Virus record (IMG/VR): IMGVR_UViG_3300043436_002205
Source: a virus
Taxonomy: Duplodnaviria > Heunggongvirae > Uroviricota > Caudoviricetes
Direction: 5' to 3' (one strand)
DNA length: 28,512 nucleotides
Shown here: positions 16,225 through 24,338 of the stretch, in pieces
How the letters are laid out: every line of letters starts with the position of its first letter
Position numbering within the stretch: position 1 is the first letter of the stretch
Made by a program: the position numbers and the translations under genes
The notes under the pieces: generated by a model
The model's database searches: none
What the model was told of the DNA's origin: nothing
Seen by the model: the letters and a program-made list of their open reading frames with translations, nothing else

Positions 16225-18057
16225 ATGTCAAAAGAACAGTTTAAGATTCTCACTCCACGTGAACACGTGCGAGAAAGAATCGGTATGTACATGGGGTCGG
16301 CTGCTCGAGAAGAGGTCGATCGTTTTGTGCTCGGTAAATGGAAAACCACCGTCTATATCCCTGCTTTGTCGAAGATGATCGATGAGATCCTCGACAACTC
16401 GATTGACGAAGCTATTCGTACCAACTTTAGGTTTGCAAATAAGATCGACGTATCAGTAGACGGCGACTGTGTGATTGTCTCTGATAACGGCCGTGGTATT
16501 CCACAGGACGAGATCTTCGATTCCGTAACTCAAGAAAACATTCTTCGTCCTGTTGCTGCATGGACTCGAGTGAATGCAGGTACTTCGTTTGATAATGAAC
16601 GTGTTACGATTGGTACGAACGGCGTTGGATCATCGGCGACCAACTTTCTTTCGACTGAGTTCATTGGACGCACTTGGCAGAACGGCAATCTCCTTGAGGT
16701 TACCTGTACAGAGGGTGGTCTCAAGACGAAAGTAAAACAGAAGACTCGAGCCGGATCTGGTACTGAAGTGTCGTTCAAACCAGACTTCAGTTTGTTCGAA
16801 GTAAACTCGATCCAAGAACTCGATACGATTCAGTTGGTCGAGGATCGTCTTGTAAGTCTTCAGATGGCATTTCCCGAGATTTCATTCTCATTCAATAAGA
16901 AGCGTACTCAGACAGCAAACATCAAGAAGTATTCTTCTATGTTCGTTCCTGAGAACGCATCGGTGATCTCTGAAATTTCTTGTGACCTTACGTTCTTCTT
17001 TTCTTCGTCCGAGGACGGATTTAGGTCGAACAGTTTCGTGAACGGTGTTAACACTCGTCAGGGTGGTTCGTATGTGGACTACATCGTGAATGGAGTTGTC
17101 GACGAACTCGTGACTCTGATTAAACGTCGACATAAGATCGAAGTCGCAAAGAGCACAATCAAAGGTGGTCTTACCTTTGTCATGTTCGCTCGTAACTTTA
17201 CAAACCCCAAGTTCGATAGTCAGACGAAAGAACGTCTTACGAACCCAGTCAGTAACGTAAAGGAACACTACGACGGAGCAAACATCAAAGACTTCTTGTA
17301 TCTTGCCAAGAAGATCTTTGCTTCCAATGACATCATCGACCCTATCATCGAAGCTCAGATCGCAAAGAAGCAGGCTGCCGACAGACGAGATGCCGCTCTT
17401 GCTCAGAAGAAGCTCAAGAAGGTCAAGGTCGCAAAACATATCGCCGCCAACAAAGATGGCGCCGTCCTGAAGATCGTCGAAGGTGACTCGGCAATGGGCT
17501 TCCTTCTCAAGGTTAGAGATCCAGATAAAGTCGGTGCTTATCCTCTGCGTGGTGTTATCATGAACACGTGGGATATGAAACCATCTGAAGTTCTCAAGAA
17601 CAAAGAACTTGGCGAACTGATTGCAGTCCTTGGTCTCGACATCAACGATCCGAACAGTGTCGACAATATGACCTATGGTCAGATCGCTTCGCTGACAGAC
17701 GCAGACCACGACGGCATCGGTCATATCTCTCCGTTGCTGATTGCTTTCTTCTACAAGTTCTGGCCTCGACTCCTGAAAGAGAAGCGAGTGTACATTACTC
17801 GTACTCCAATCATGATCTCGACGAACGGAAAAGAAACGAAGTGGTTCTATACATACGAAGAGGCAGCCAACTTCAAAACGAAAGAGACCGGGTGGAAACA
17901 CCGCTACATCAAGGGTCTTGGTAGTTTGACAGAAGAAGAGTACGATGTAATCATCAATAATCCTACCTATGATGTCGTGACTGTCGACGATGCCTCGTAT
18001 TTCCAGATGATGTTTGGCGACGACTCTACGCCTCGTAAGGAGTTTATGTTTCAATGA
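16225..18057 (+). CDS. 39: DNA topoisomerase II large subunit (gp39 and gp60 as one ORF)
   Basis: EILDNSIDE, DNGRGIP, GTNGVG (GHKL); EGDSA, PLRG, DADHDG, YIKGLG (TOPRIM). Confidence 0.95.
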   Translation: MSKEQFKILTPREHVRERIGMYMGSAAREEVDRFVLGKWKTTVYIPALSKMIDEILDNSIDEAIRTNFRFANKIDVSVDGDCVIVSDNGRGIPQDEIFDSVTQENILRPVAAWTRVNAGTSFDNERVTIGTNGVGSSATNFLSTEFIGRTWQNGNLLEVTCTEGGLKTKVKQKTRAGSGTEVSFKPDFSLFEVNSIQELDTIQLVEDRLVSLQMAFPEISFSFNKKRTQTANIKKYSSMFVPENASVISEISCDLTFFFSSSEDGFRSNSFVNGVNTRQGGSYVDYIVNGVVDELVTLIKRRHKIEVAKSTIKGGLTFVMFARNFTNPKFDSQTKERLTNPVSNVKEHYDGANIKDFLYLAKKIFASNDIIDPIIEAQIAKKQAADRRDAALAQKKLKKVKVAKHIAANKDGAVLKIVEGDSAMGFLLKVRDPDKVGAYPLRGVIMNTWDMKPSEVLKNKELGELIAVLGLDINDPNSVDNMTYGQIASLTDADHDGIGHISPLLIAFFYKFWPRLLKEKRVYITRTPIMISTNGKETKWFYTYEEAANFKTKETGWKHRYIKGLGSLTEEEYDVIINNPTYDVVTVDDASYFQMMFGDDSTPRKEFMFQ

Positions 18058-19442
18058 CACAGTTGACAGATTTCATGGTTGATGATATAATCAAAAAGAA
18101 TGCAGAAAAGGAATCACCTGTGAGTAAGAAAGACTATCCTATCTCAGCCGTTGCAAAAAACGAATGGAAATCATTCGCTATGTATACGGTCGAAGCTCGA
18201 GCCATTCCTAACATGATTGACGGTCTTAAACCCGTTCAGCGTTACTACCTCTACTCGTCAATCGTAAACTCGAAGACCGACTTTAAGAAGGTCAGTGCCA
18301 TCTCAGGTATCATCTCTGACTATGGCTATAACCACGGTGAGGCTAGCGCTGCTGGTTCCGGTCAGCTGATGGCTGCTACCTGGAACAACAACATCTGTCT
18401 TATTGAAGGTCGAGGTTCGTTTGGAACTCGACTTGTGCAGGAAGCTGGTGCTCCTCGATACGTGTACACTCGCCTTCATAAGAACTTTAACAAGTATATC
18501 AAGGATCTTGAGCTGTCACCGCAGCACTCAGATCCTGAACACGAGCCGCCTGCCTTCTATCTTCCGGTCATTCCTTTGGTTCTGACGAATGGGTCGAAGG
18601 GAATTGCTACTGGTTTCGCGACGAATATTCTACCTCGTGATCCGGACTCACTTTCTAGTGCTTGTCGTGATTACCTTATGTATGGTAATATAACGAAGAA
18701 GGTTCTGGTGAAGTTTCCAGATTTTTCTGGCACCGTCGAGTACAACGAAGAAGAGAATCGTTACTACTGCAACGGAGTCTATGAGAAGAAAGGCAAAACC
18801 GTTCTGCTCATCACCGAAGTGCCGTATGGATACGATCGTGAAAGCTATGTAAAGGTCCTCGACGATCTGGAAGAGAAGGACGAGATCGTTGGCTATGACG
18901 ACCTCTGTGATAAGACTGGTTTTAAATTCGAAGTCAAGCTGAAGCAAAACACTTCTGCCAATTGGACTGACGAGAAGATCGTCAAACAGTTTAAACTCAG
19001 CAAGCCGTTCACAGAGAACCTAACCGTTATCGACTATGACGGTAAACTTCGTGAATACACCGACGAGCGTACGCTCATCAAGGACTTCTGTAAGTATCGC
19101 GTTGGTATTCTTACCAAGCGTATTAACCTACGTAAGAGCGAGATCTCTGAACTCATGCGTTGGCTGAACGTAAAGATGCAGTTCATCCAGGCTGTTCTCG
19201 ACAATAAGATCGAGTTCAAAAACAAAAAGAAAGACGACGTCGCAAAGCAAATCACTGCTCACACCGACGTCATCTCTGAAGAAGATATCAATAAGCTGCT
19301 TCGTATCAATATGCTCAGCCTTACTGACGAGATGGTGAAACAACTCGAGCAGGAAATCAAAGACGCAAAGAAAGAACATAAGTATTGGTCGACCACGACT
19401 GCAGAGCAGCAGTTCATCAATGATCTTGATGAGATCAAGTAA
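18054..19442 (+). CDS. 52: DNA topoisomerase II medium subunit gp52 (start may be GTG 18120)
   Basis: RAIP..IDGLKPVQR, YNHGE, APRY catalytic Tyr, GIATGFAT. Confidence 0.95.
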   Translation: MTQLTDFMVDDIIKKNAEKESPVSKKDYPISAVAKNEWKSFAMYTVEARAIPNMIDGLKPVQRYYLYSSIVNSKTDFKKVSAISGIISDYGYNHGEASAAGSGQLMAATWNNNICLIEGRGSFGTRLVQEAGAPRYVYTRLHKNFNKYIKDLELSPQHSDPEHEPPAFYLPVIPLVLTNGSKGIATGFATNILPRDPDSLSSACRDYLMYGNITKKVLVKFPDFSGTVEYNEEENRYYCNGVYEKKGKTVLLITEVPYGYDRESYVKVLDDLEEKDEIVGYDDLCDKTGFKFEVKLKQNTSANWTDEKIVKQFKLSKPFTENLTVIDYDGKLREYTDERTLIKDFCKYRVGILTKRINLRKSEISELMRWLNVKMQFIQAVLDNKIEFKNKKKDDVAKQITAHTDVISEEDINKLLRINMLSLTDEMVKQLEQEIKDAKKEHKYWSTTTAEQQFINDLDEIK

Positions 19443-19849
19443 TGTACTACGTTACATATGATAAGCCAAAGTCGATCTCTGATGAACTCATCGATTCTGC
19501 AGTTCAGTTTGCGGCTGAGTTTTTAAATCTCGATGGTTCAATTGAGATCGACTTTGGTGACAAGTTTGAAAAAGATAAGTGCGGATACTGCGACTACGAT
19601 GAAGAAGGAGCCACGATCTTCATCAATCCAAAGATGAAACTGAGCAAGATCATTGTGACTCTGTTTCATGAGATGGTCCATGCTCGACAATTCATGAGAG
19701 GATGGCTCGAGATACCGGACAAAAGTAGTCTTCCTGCCAGGTGGTTCGGAAAGGAGTACGATGTACCATACTTCGAGTCACCTTGGGAGATCGAGGCATA
19801 TGAACTCGAGCTCGTTATGTGGGATATCTTTAACGAAAGAAACAGTTGA
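19442..19849 (+). CDS. HExxH zinc metallopeptidase-like protein
   Basis: TLFHEMVHARQ, PWEIEAY. Confidence 0.75.
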   Translation: MYYVTYDKPKSISDELIDSAVQFAAEFLNLDGSIEIDFGDKFEKDKCGYCDYDEEGATIFINPKMKLSKIIVTLFHEMVHARQFMRGWLEIPDKSSLPARWFGKEYDVPYFESPWEIEAYELELVMWDIFNERNS

Positions 19850-19874
19850 CATTCGTTTAGAATCAGTGTATATT
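19846..19874 (+). promoter_or_regulatory. sigma70 promoter with spacer GAATCAG
   Basis: TTGACA-N17-TATATT. Confidence 0.8.
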
Positions 19875-19900
19875 CATAATATACCGAGAAGGAAACTGTC

Positions 19901-20113
19901 GTGAATATGCACAAAGCAAAACAGGAGTTTGAAACTCATGCGAAGGAAACTCTCAATGTTGAATACATGGGTGGCGCACTCTACGCGTTCGGCTCAGAGC
20001 TCGCTTGCCTACGTTTGGTCAGAGCATATCGCCACTGCGGCCACCGTGCTGATTGCGGTTTTTCTGAAAACATGAAGACTTGGTACTTCTATCTCGAACC
20101 TCTAGGATCATAA
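19901..20113 (+). CDS. Hypothetical protein
   Basis: ORF after the GAATC promoter at 19846; AAGGA RBS. Confidence 0.65.
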   Translation: MNMHKAKQEFETHAKETLNVEYMGGALYAFGSELACLRLVRAYRHCGHRADCGFSENMKTWYFYLEPLGS

Positions 20114-20116
20114 TCG

Positions 20117-20500
20117 ATGATCCTGAAAACGCAGCTTCATGATTCGTACGATCATCTCGTAAATCCATTTGTGAAGTTCCTATGCAATGAACTCTCAGTT
20201 CTTCCTCGTGAAGTCACTATCGTGAGCGAAGACGTAGAAGGTGGAGTCGGTCTCTGTATCGATGTCGATCCCGACTCATTTCTTATTCTCGTGAAAGAGA
20301 GTGGTCGTAGTGTTGGTCAAGTACTTACTACGATTGCTCACGAGATGATCCATGTTAAACAATACATGACACAGGAACTTGGTAGACTTCTAGATGAACA
20401 GAGTCACGTTCCATACGAAGATCGTTGGTGGGAAAAAGAAGCTTATGAAAATGCAGTTCCTTTAGTAGAAAAATTTGTAAAAATTATAAATACCTCGTAA
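20117..20500 (+). CDS. HExxH zinc metallopeptidase-like protein, paralogue
   Basis: TIAHEMIHVKQ, WWEKEAY. Confidence 0.75.
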   Translation: MILKTQLHDSYDHLVNPFVKFLCNELSVLPREVTIVSEDVEGGVGLCIDVDPDSFLILVKESGRSVGQVLTTIAHEMIHVKQYMTQELGRLLDEQSHVPYEDRWWEKEAYENAVPLVEKFVKIINTS

Positions 20501-20515
20501 AGAGGAGATTTATAC

Positions 20516-20980
20516 ATGCAGTCTTTTAAAAATTTTTTGTTAGAACAATCTAAGTGGGTGAAGCCGCATCATACTGATGAACACGACGAAGTTCACGTCC
20601 AGTCTGAAGTTCCTCATGGCGAATATCCAGACCACGTTCATAAAATGTTGCAACATTTGAAAGATAAAGACAACTACCACTCTGCAATGAAGAGTGGGAA
20701 ACACATGGTTGTGACTCCTTCGTCTGCTAAAAAGATCTCTAACACAGACGCTGGATACAAACCAACGCGTGACACGTTTAGACAAGACAAAAGAGAACGT
20801 GTCACAAAACAGATGAAGAGTGGAAAGCCAATGACTAAGCCGATAGTTCTTCATGATACTCATACCGGCCATACGCATCTTTTAGCTGGAAACACTCGAC
20901 TCACAATGAACACCCATCACGGATCAAAAACAACACCAGTTCATGCTATCACGTATGATTCGAGTAAAATGAAAAAATAA
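20516..20980 (+). CDS. His-rich late protein with ParB/Srx-like C-terminal motif
   Basis: KPIVL...LLAGNTRL; late promoter at 20485; N-terminus MQSFKNFLLE. Confidence 0.55.
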   Translation: MQSFKNFLLEQSKWVKPHHTDEHDEVHVQSEVPHGEYPDHVHKMLQHLKDKDNYHSAMKSGKHMVVTPSSAKKISNTDAGYKPTRDTFRQDKRERVTKQMKSGKPMTKPIVLHDTHTGHTHLLAGNTRLTMNTHHGSKTTPVHAITYDSSKMKK

Positions 20981-21002
20981 TTGTAAAAAATGTCTGCGAC
21001 CA

Positions 21003-21030
21003 TTGACATCTCATACAAATGATATAAATA
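21003..21030 (+). promoter_or_regulatory. Promoter of leader 2: TTGACA plus late box TATAAATA
   Basis: TTGACA 21003-08, TATAAATA 21023-30. Confidence 0.7.
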
Positions 21031-21057
21031 CTATTGTATAACCAACAGAGAAGAAAC

Positions 21058-21138
21058 ATGCTTTCTACACATTCGAGCATATCAAGACAGGCGATAAATC
21101 TCCCAGGCGTATGGACTGATGGAGACGGGCTACTTTGA
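21058..21138 (+). CDS. Leader peptide 2 of tRNA array 2 (26 aa)
   Basis: MLSTHSSISRQAINLPGVWTDGDGLL*; last four codons form the antiterminator strand. Confidence 0.7.
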   Translation: MLSTHSSISRQAINLPGVWTDGDGLL

Positions 21139-21202
21139 CATAGATACAAGATCAAATCTATCTCAAAGTAGCCCAGGATGAAAATCCTGGGTTTCTTCAT
21201 TT
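21127..21202 (+). terminator. Attenuator 2: antiterminator and intrinsic terminator
   Basis: GGGCTACTTTGA (21127-38) pairs TCAAAGTAGCCC (21163-74); alternatively GCCCAGGAT-GAAA-ATCCTGGGT plus T-rich tail. Confidence 0.8.
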
Positions 21203-21207
21203 AATGG

Positions 21208-21236
21208 TTGACAAAACGTTAGAATCAGATTATACT
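21208..21236 (+). promoter_or_regulatory. sigma70 promoter with spacer GAATCAG
   Basis: TTGACA-N17-TATACT. Confidence 0.85.
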
Positions 21237-21259
21237 AACAATATAAGAAGAAACTAACT

Positions 21260-21275
21260 AGCTCTTTGACAATTT
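21260..21275 (+). promoter_or_regulatory. boxA-like antitermination site
   Basis: AGCTCTTTGACAATTT downstream of the promoter at 21208. Confidence 0.65.
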
Positions 21276-21295
21276 AGAAAAGGAAACAGAAGAAA

Positions 21296-21444
21296 TTCTG
21301 TTTTCACATATGACTGTAAATGGGAGTACTATGGTTCGAATCCATAGGTGGTCTGGCTGACCGTGATTTACAATGCCAAAAGGGCCAGCGTGCCCCTGAG
21401 CGCTCGAAAGTTCGAAGCTTTCACAGTCATAGTTGAAAACAGAA
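21296..21444 (+). ncRNA. Long-stem ncRNA B containing a T arm
   Basis: TTCTGTTTTCA/TGAAAACAGAA plus TATGACTGT/ACAGTCATA stems; CTATGG-TTCGAAT-CCATAG. Confidence 0.65.
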
Positions 21445-21448
21445 GTTT

Positions 21449-21526
21449 TGCGGGGTAGACTGGAGGTGGTTCCAGCACGGTCTCATAAGCCGAAGACGTA
21501 GGTTCGATTCCTACCCACCGCAACCA
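21449..21526 (+). tRNA. tRNA-Met(CAT), initiator-like
   Basis: TGCGGGG 5' end, CTCATAA loop, CCA; irregular acceptor. Confidence 0.75.
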
Positions 21527-21528
21527 AG

Positions 21529-21616
21529 TTTAGACTGTAGAATTAATCACCTCTTGTGAAGGTGTCCCTGATCCGTCATCGCCGGCAGGTCAAAGCTGCA
21601 AACAGCCCAGTCTAAA
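21529..21616 (+). ncRNA. Structured spacer RNA
   Basis: TTTAGACTG/CAGTCTAAA closing stem; CACCT-CTTGTGA-AGGTG; GCTG-CAAA-CAGC. Confidence 0.4.
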
Positions 21617-21623
21617 ACAAATC

Positions 21624-21657
21624 GGGGGATTAGCTCAATTGGTTAGAGTTGCCCGCT
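21624..21657 (+). pseudogene. 5' half of a tRNA truncated at position 33
   Basis: GGGGGAT-TA-GCTC-AATTGGTTA-GAGT-T-GCCCG-CT followed by AT-rich endonuclease DNA; no matching 3' half seen. Confidence 0.7.
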
Positions 21658-21698
21658 ATGAAATATCTTTTTGTATAAATAGACAAAAGGAGATTATA

Positions 21699-22262
21699 AT
21701 GCTTTACACAATATACCAAATAACTAATGAGCTTAACGGAAAAATATACATAGGAAAGCATCAAACTACCAATCTCAATGATAGATATTATGGCTCTGGA
21801 AAGTTCATAAGGTCTGCCATGAAGAAATATGGTAAAGAGAACTTTACTAAAGAGATACTATTTGTCTTCGATACTGAAGAAGAAATGAATACAAAAGAGA
21901 AAGAGTTGATAACAGAAGAGTTTGTATCCAGAAAAGATACTTACAACGCCGGAATTGGCGGAGAAGGAGGACCTCATTTCAAAGGGAAAAAGCACGGCTC
22001 TTACATGAAAGAAATAAGTAGCTCTGTAGATCATCGTAAAAAAATAAGTGAAGGTCTTAAAGAACACTATAAAGATAACGCTGCTTGGAACAAAGGTCAA
22101 ACAATATCATCAAATCAAAAAGATAAAATATCAAAAACAATGAGTGGAAGAAAACTTTCAGAAGAAACAAAAAATAAGATAAAAGAAGCGCGGGCAAGAC
22201 AAACATTTTCAGAAGAAACAAAAAAGAAAATGACTGAAAGCGCAAGAAATAGAAAGAAATAA
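21699..22262 (+). mobile_element. Free-standing GIY-YIG homing endonuclease (Seg-like) with NUMOD3-type repeats
   Basis: TIYQITNELNGKIYIGKH, YYGSG, YN...GGEGG, SEETK repeats; AT-rich; own TATAAATA and AAGGAG. Confidence 0.9.
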
Positions 22263-22269
22263 TTTTAGT

Positions 22270-22346
22270 GGGCTTGTCGACTAATTGGTTAAGTCACAAT
22301 CCTCATAAGATTGCTGATCGCGGTTCGAGTCCGTGCGGGCCTACCA
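22270..22346 (+). tRNA. tRNA(CAT), probably Ile2 (lysidine substrate)
   Basis: CAATC-CTCATAA-GATTG; GGGC acceptor start with C4-G69 resembles Ile2; CCA. Confidence 0.75.
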
Positions 22347-22432
22347 AAATTATTTCTTGGTCTTATTATAATCGGTACTGCTGGGATAGGGCAGCTAAGT
22401 CGGCACGAGGAGGTGCTAGAGCCAAAAACATT

Positions 22433-22508
<76 letters not shown>

Positions 22509-22531
22509 TACTTTCTATTGAAAGGTTTCCT

Positions 22532-23197
22532 ATGTTAACTCATATTCAAAATATGCAATGGGTTGGCGCTCTTAGTCTTGAAGACGCAGACGTACTAGCT
22601 CAGAAGTCAAAGACTGCTCTAAAGATATTAGAATTTGGCCCTGGTGGCTCGACAATGATATTTCTTCAGAGTATTGATTCTAACGCATCAGTTACTTGCG
22701 TTGAGACTCGACAGCAATGGATTGAAGAACTACAGAATAGATTAGATCTTATTGAACATAAGTCTAATAATTATGAGTTCTATCGGTATAAAGATTTCAT
22801 GAATAAAGAAATTAGAGAAGAAAGCTTTGATCTCATATTTGTTGATGGTGAGAAAACATTTAGAGAAGACTTTGCGCGTAAGACATGGTATCTGTTAAAG
22901 AACGGCGGAGAGATGATGTTTCACGACACAAAGAGAATATCATATATTGATAGTATGATGAACGTAATTCGCAATAAACTTTTTCAAATCGAAAGCGTTC
23001 AATTTAATATTAAAGCATCAAACGGAGAGAATTCAAACATTTCTTCGATTAAGAAAACAGCTAGAATTGAACCACCAAACAACTTACAGAGTATCGAACA
23101 AGAAAGAGAACTGTGGACTTTTGGTGGTATCAGACAACATAACTATACGATAGACAAAGGTCTGTTTGTATATAGAAATACAGAAGCGCAAAAATAA
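22532..23197 (+). CDS. Class I SAM-dependent methyltransferase
   Basis: LEFGPGGST, DLIFVDG, GGEMMFHD; real start ATG 22532 after AAAGG. Confidence 0.8.
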   Translation: MLTHIQNMQWVGALSLEDADVLAQKSKTALKILEFGPGGSTMIFLQSIDSNASVTCVETRQQWIEELQNRLDLIEHKSNNYEFYRYKDFMNKEIREESFDLIFVDGEKTFREDFARKTWYLLKNGGEMMFHDTKRISYIDSMMNVIRNKLFQIESVQFNIKASNGENSNISSIKKTARIEPPNNLQSIEQERELWTFGGIRQHNYTIDKGLFVYRNTEAQK

Positions 23198-23198
23198 A

Positions 23199-23286
23199 GG
23201 AAGCGTGGGCGAGAGGTTTATGCCTGCAGTCTTGAAAACTGCCGAACGGAAACGTTCCGTGAGTTCGAATCTCACCGCTTCCGCCA
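23199..23286 (+). tRNA. tRNA-Ser(TGA)
   Basis: GCAGT-CTTGAAA-ACTGC, long variable arm, G73. Confidence 0.95.
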
Positions 23287-23292
23287 TGATTT

Positions 23293-23357
23293 AGGATCGG
23301 TTCAGCAAACCAAAACGCTAAAATGTTATGATAGTCTTAGCGGACAAAACGATCCTG
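23293..23357 (+). ncRNA. Y-RNA-like element 4 (minimal form)
   Basis: AGGATCG/CGATCCT, GTTCAGCAA, CGCTAA/TTAGCG hairpin. Confidence 0.7.
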
Positions 23358-23365
23358 TTTAATTT

Positions 23366-23441
23366 GGGCTCTTAGCTCAGCTGGGAGAGCGCCTGCCTTG
23401 CAAGCAGGAGGTCAGGAGTTCGATCCTCCTAGGGTCCACCA
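23366..23441 (+). tRNA. tRNA-Ala(TGC)
   Basis: CTTGCAA loop, G3.U70, CCA. Confidence 0.95.
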
Positions 23442-23460
23442 ATATAACGGAGAACATCTA

Positions 23461-23544
23461 ATGGCTGCATTTCTTATCTTTATGGCAGTGGTTATAGTTG
23501 CAATTCTCTGGATTTCAGATGGACCAGGATCAAATCGCTGGTAA
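23461..23544 (+). CDS. 27-aa single-TM peptide
   Basis: MAAFLIFMAVVIVAILWISDGPGSNRW*; GGAG RBS. Confidence 0.5.
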   Translation: MAAFLIFMAVVIVAILWISDGPGSNRW

Positions 23545-23551
23545 TAGAATT

Positions 23552-23625
23552 GGCCTATTCGTATATGGGTATTACATTCGGCTGTCCACCGGATAAAGAG
23601 GGTTCAAGTCCCTCATAGGTCGCCA
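23552..23625 (+). tRNA. tRNA-Asp(GTC)
   Basis: TTCGG-CTGTCCA-CCGGA, G73, CCA. Confidence 0.85.
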
Positions 23626-23628
23626 ACT

Positions 23629-23716
23629 TACGATGGTTGTGTTAGAGTCTTGGTTGTCTTAACACATAAACTAGAAAGAGGTACGGGTCGCTACCGTCGC
23701 TCACTATTCCATCGTA
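23629..23716 (+). ncRNA. Structured spacer RNA with GGGTCGCTACC hairpin
   Basis: TACGATGG/CCATCGTA closing stem; ACGG-GTCGCTA-CCGT T-arm-like hairpin. Confidence 0.45.
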
Positions 23717-23725
23717 TTCAATAAT

Positions 23726-23800
23726 GCGGAATTAGCTCAGTGGTAGAGCCCCTCGTTTACACCGAGGTTGTCGGGAGTTCGACCCTCTCATTCCGCACCA
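23726..23800 (+). tRNA. tRNA-Val(TAC)
   Basis: TTTACAC loop, CCA. Confidence 0.95.
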
Positions 23801-23807
23801 ACTACAT

Positions 23808-23884
23808 GCCCATGTAGGCCAATTGGTAGAGTCGGCGCGCTTAGAACGCGTATGTTGGGGGTTCGAGTCCCTCCATGGGCACCA
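23808..23884 (+). tRNA. tRNA-Leu(TAG) with short variable loop
   Basis: GCGCG-CTTAGAA-CGCGT, 77 nt, CCA. Confidence 0.85.
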
Positions 23885-23890
23885 AAATTT

Positions 23891-24081
23891 AGAATGTTTA
23901 CAGCAACAAAACAAAACTACTGGTTCGATTCCAGTACTCCCCACCATGGATACACTGTCAGCACTGTGAGAAGCGCAGATCGACAAGACTAGAACAAGGT
24001 TTGAATCCAAACAGTGTATCTTTGATGGGGAGTATGGCAAGGTGCCGCTAAGAGCAATCTTAGCTTTCCCCAAACATTCTG
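23891..24081 (+). ncRNA. Y-RNA-like element 5 with YrlA-type permuted tRNA domain
   Basis: AGAATGTTT/AAACATTCT, TTACAGCAA, T arm, ACTCCCC-A-CCA ... GGGGAGT acceptor, D-like arm. Confidence 0.75.
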
Positions 24082-24103
24082 TTATATAGTATAGGAGAGC
24101 ACA

Positions 24104-24337
24104 ATGCGCGATAGAGCTTTTCGACGATTTCAAGAACTTAAGAAGAAGCAGTGGGTTCGAAAGTTTTTCTCAAAACATCGAGCTCGTGATCTAACCGATG
24201 CTGATGTTGGAGTCTATTCTCATACACCGCATCTGTGTTCCTGCTACTTATGTGGTAATCCACGCAAGTGGTGGGATCAAAAGACTCTTCAAGAAAAGAA
24301 GATGGAAGACTTTTATAAAGCAACTGATGAAGACTAA
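24104..24337 (+). CDS. Small basic protein with a CSCxxCGNPR motif
   Basis: TPHLCSCYLCGNPRK; AGGAG RBS. Confidence 0.75.
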   Translation: MRDRAFRRFQELKKKQWVRKFFSKHRARDLTDADVGVYSHTPHLCSCYLCGNPRKWWDQKTLQEKKMEDFYKATDED

Positions 24338-24338
24338 T

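Noticed and set aside
16225-18057. T4 gene 60-type ribosomal bypass or split gp39/gp60
   Set aside because: The reading frame is continuous from the ATPase through the TOPRIM motifs.
16888-18060. 390-aa minus-strand ORF
   Set aside because: Antisense shadow of the topoisomerase gene; no motifs or RBS.
21560-21616. Hammerhead ribozyme
   Set aside because: CTGATCC does not match the CUGANGA core and there is no properly placed GAAA.
21639-21698. Upstream start for the GIY-YIG ORF
   Set aside because: Overlaps the tRNA remnant and promoter; the RBS supports ATG 21699.
21624-22346. Group I intron in a tRNA anticodon loop
   Set aside because: No room for or sign of P/Q/R/S core elements, and no complementary 3' exon (ATCCCCC) after the ORF.
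23891-24081. Permuted (alphaproteobacterial-type) tmRNA
   Set aside because: No G3.U70 alanine determinant and no tag reading frame or pseudoknot region after the D-like arm.
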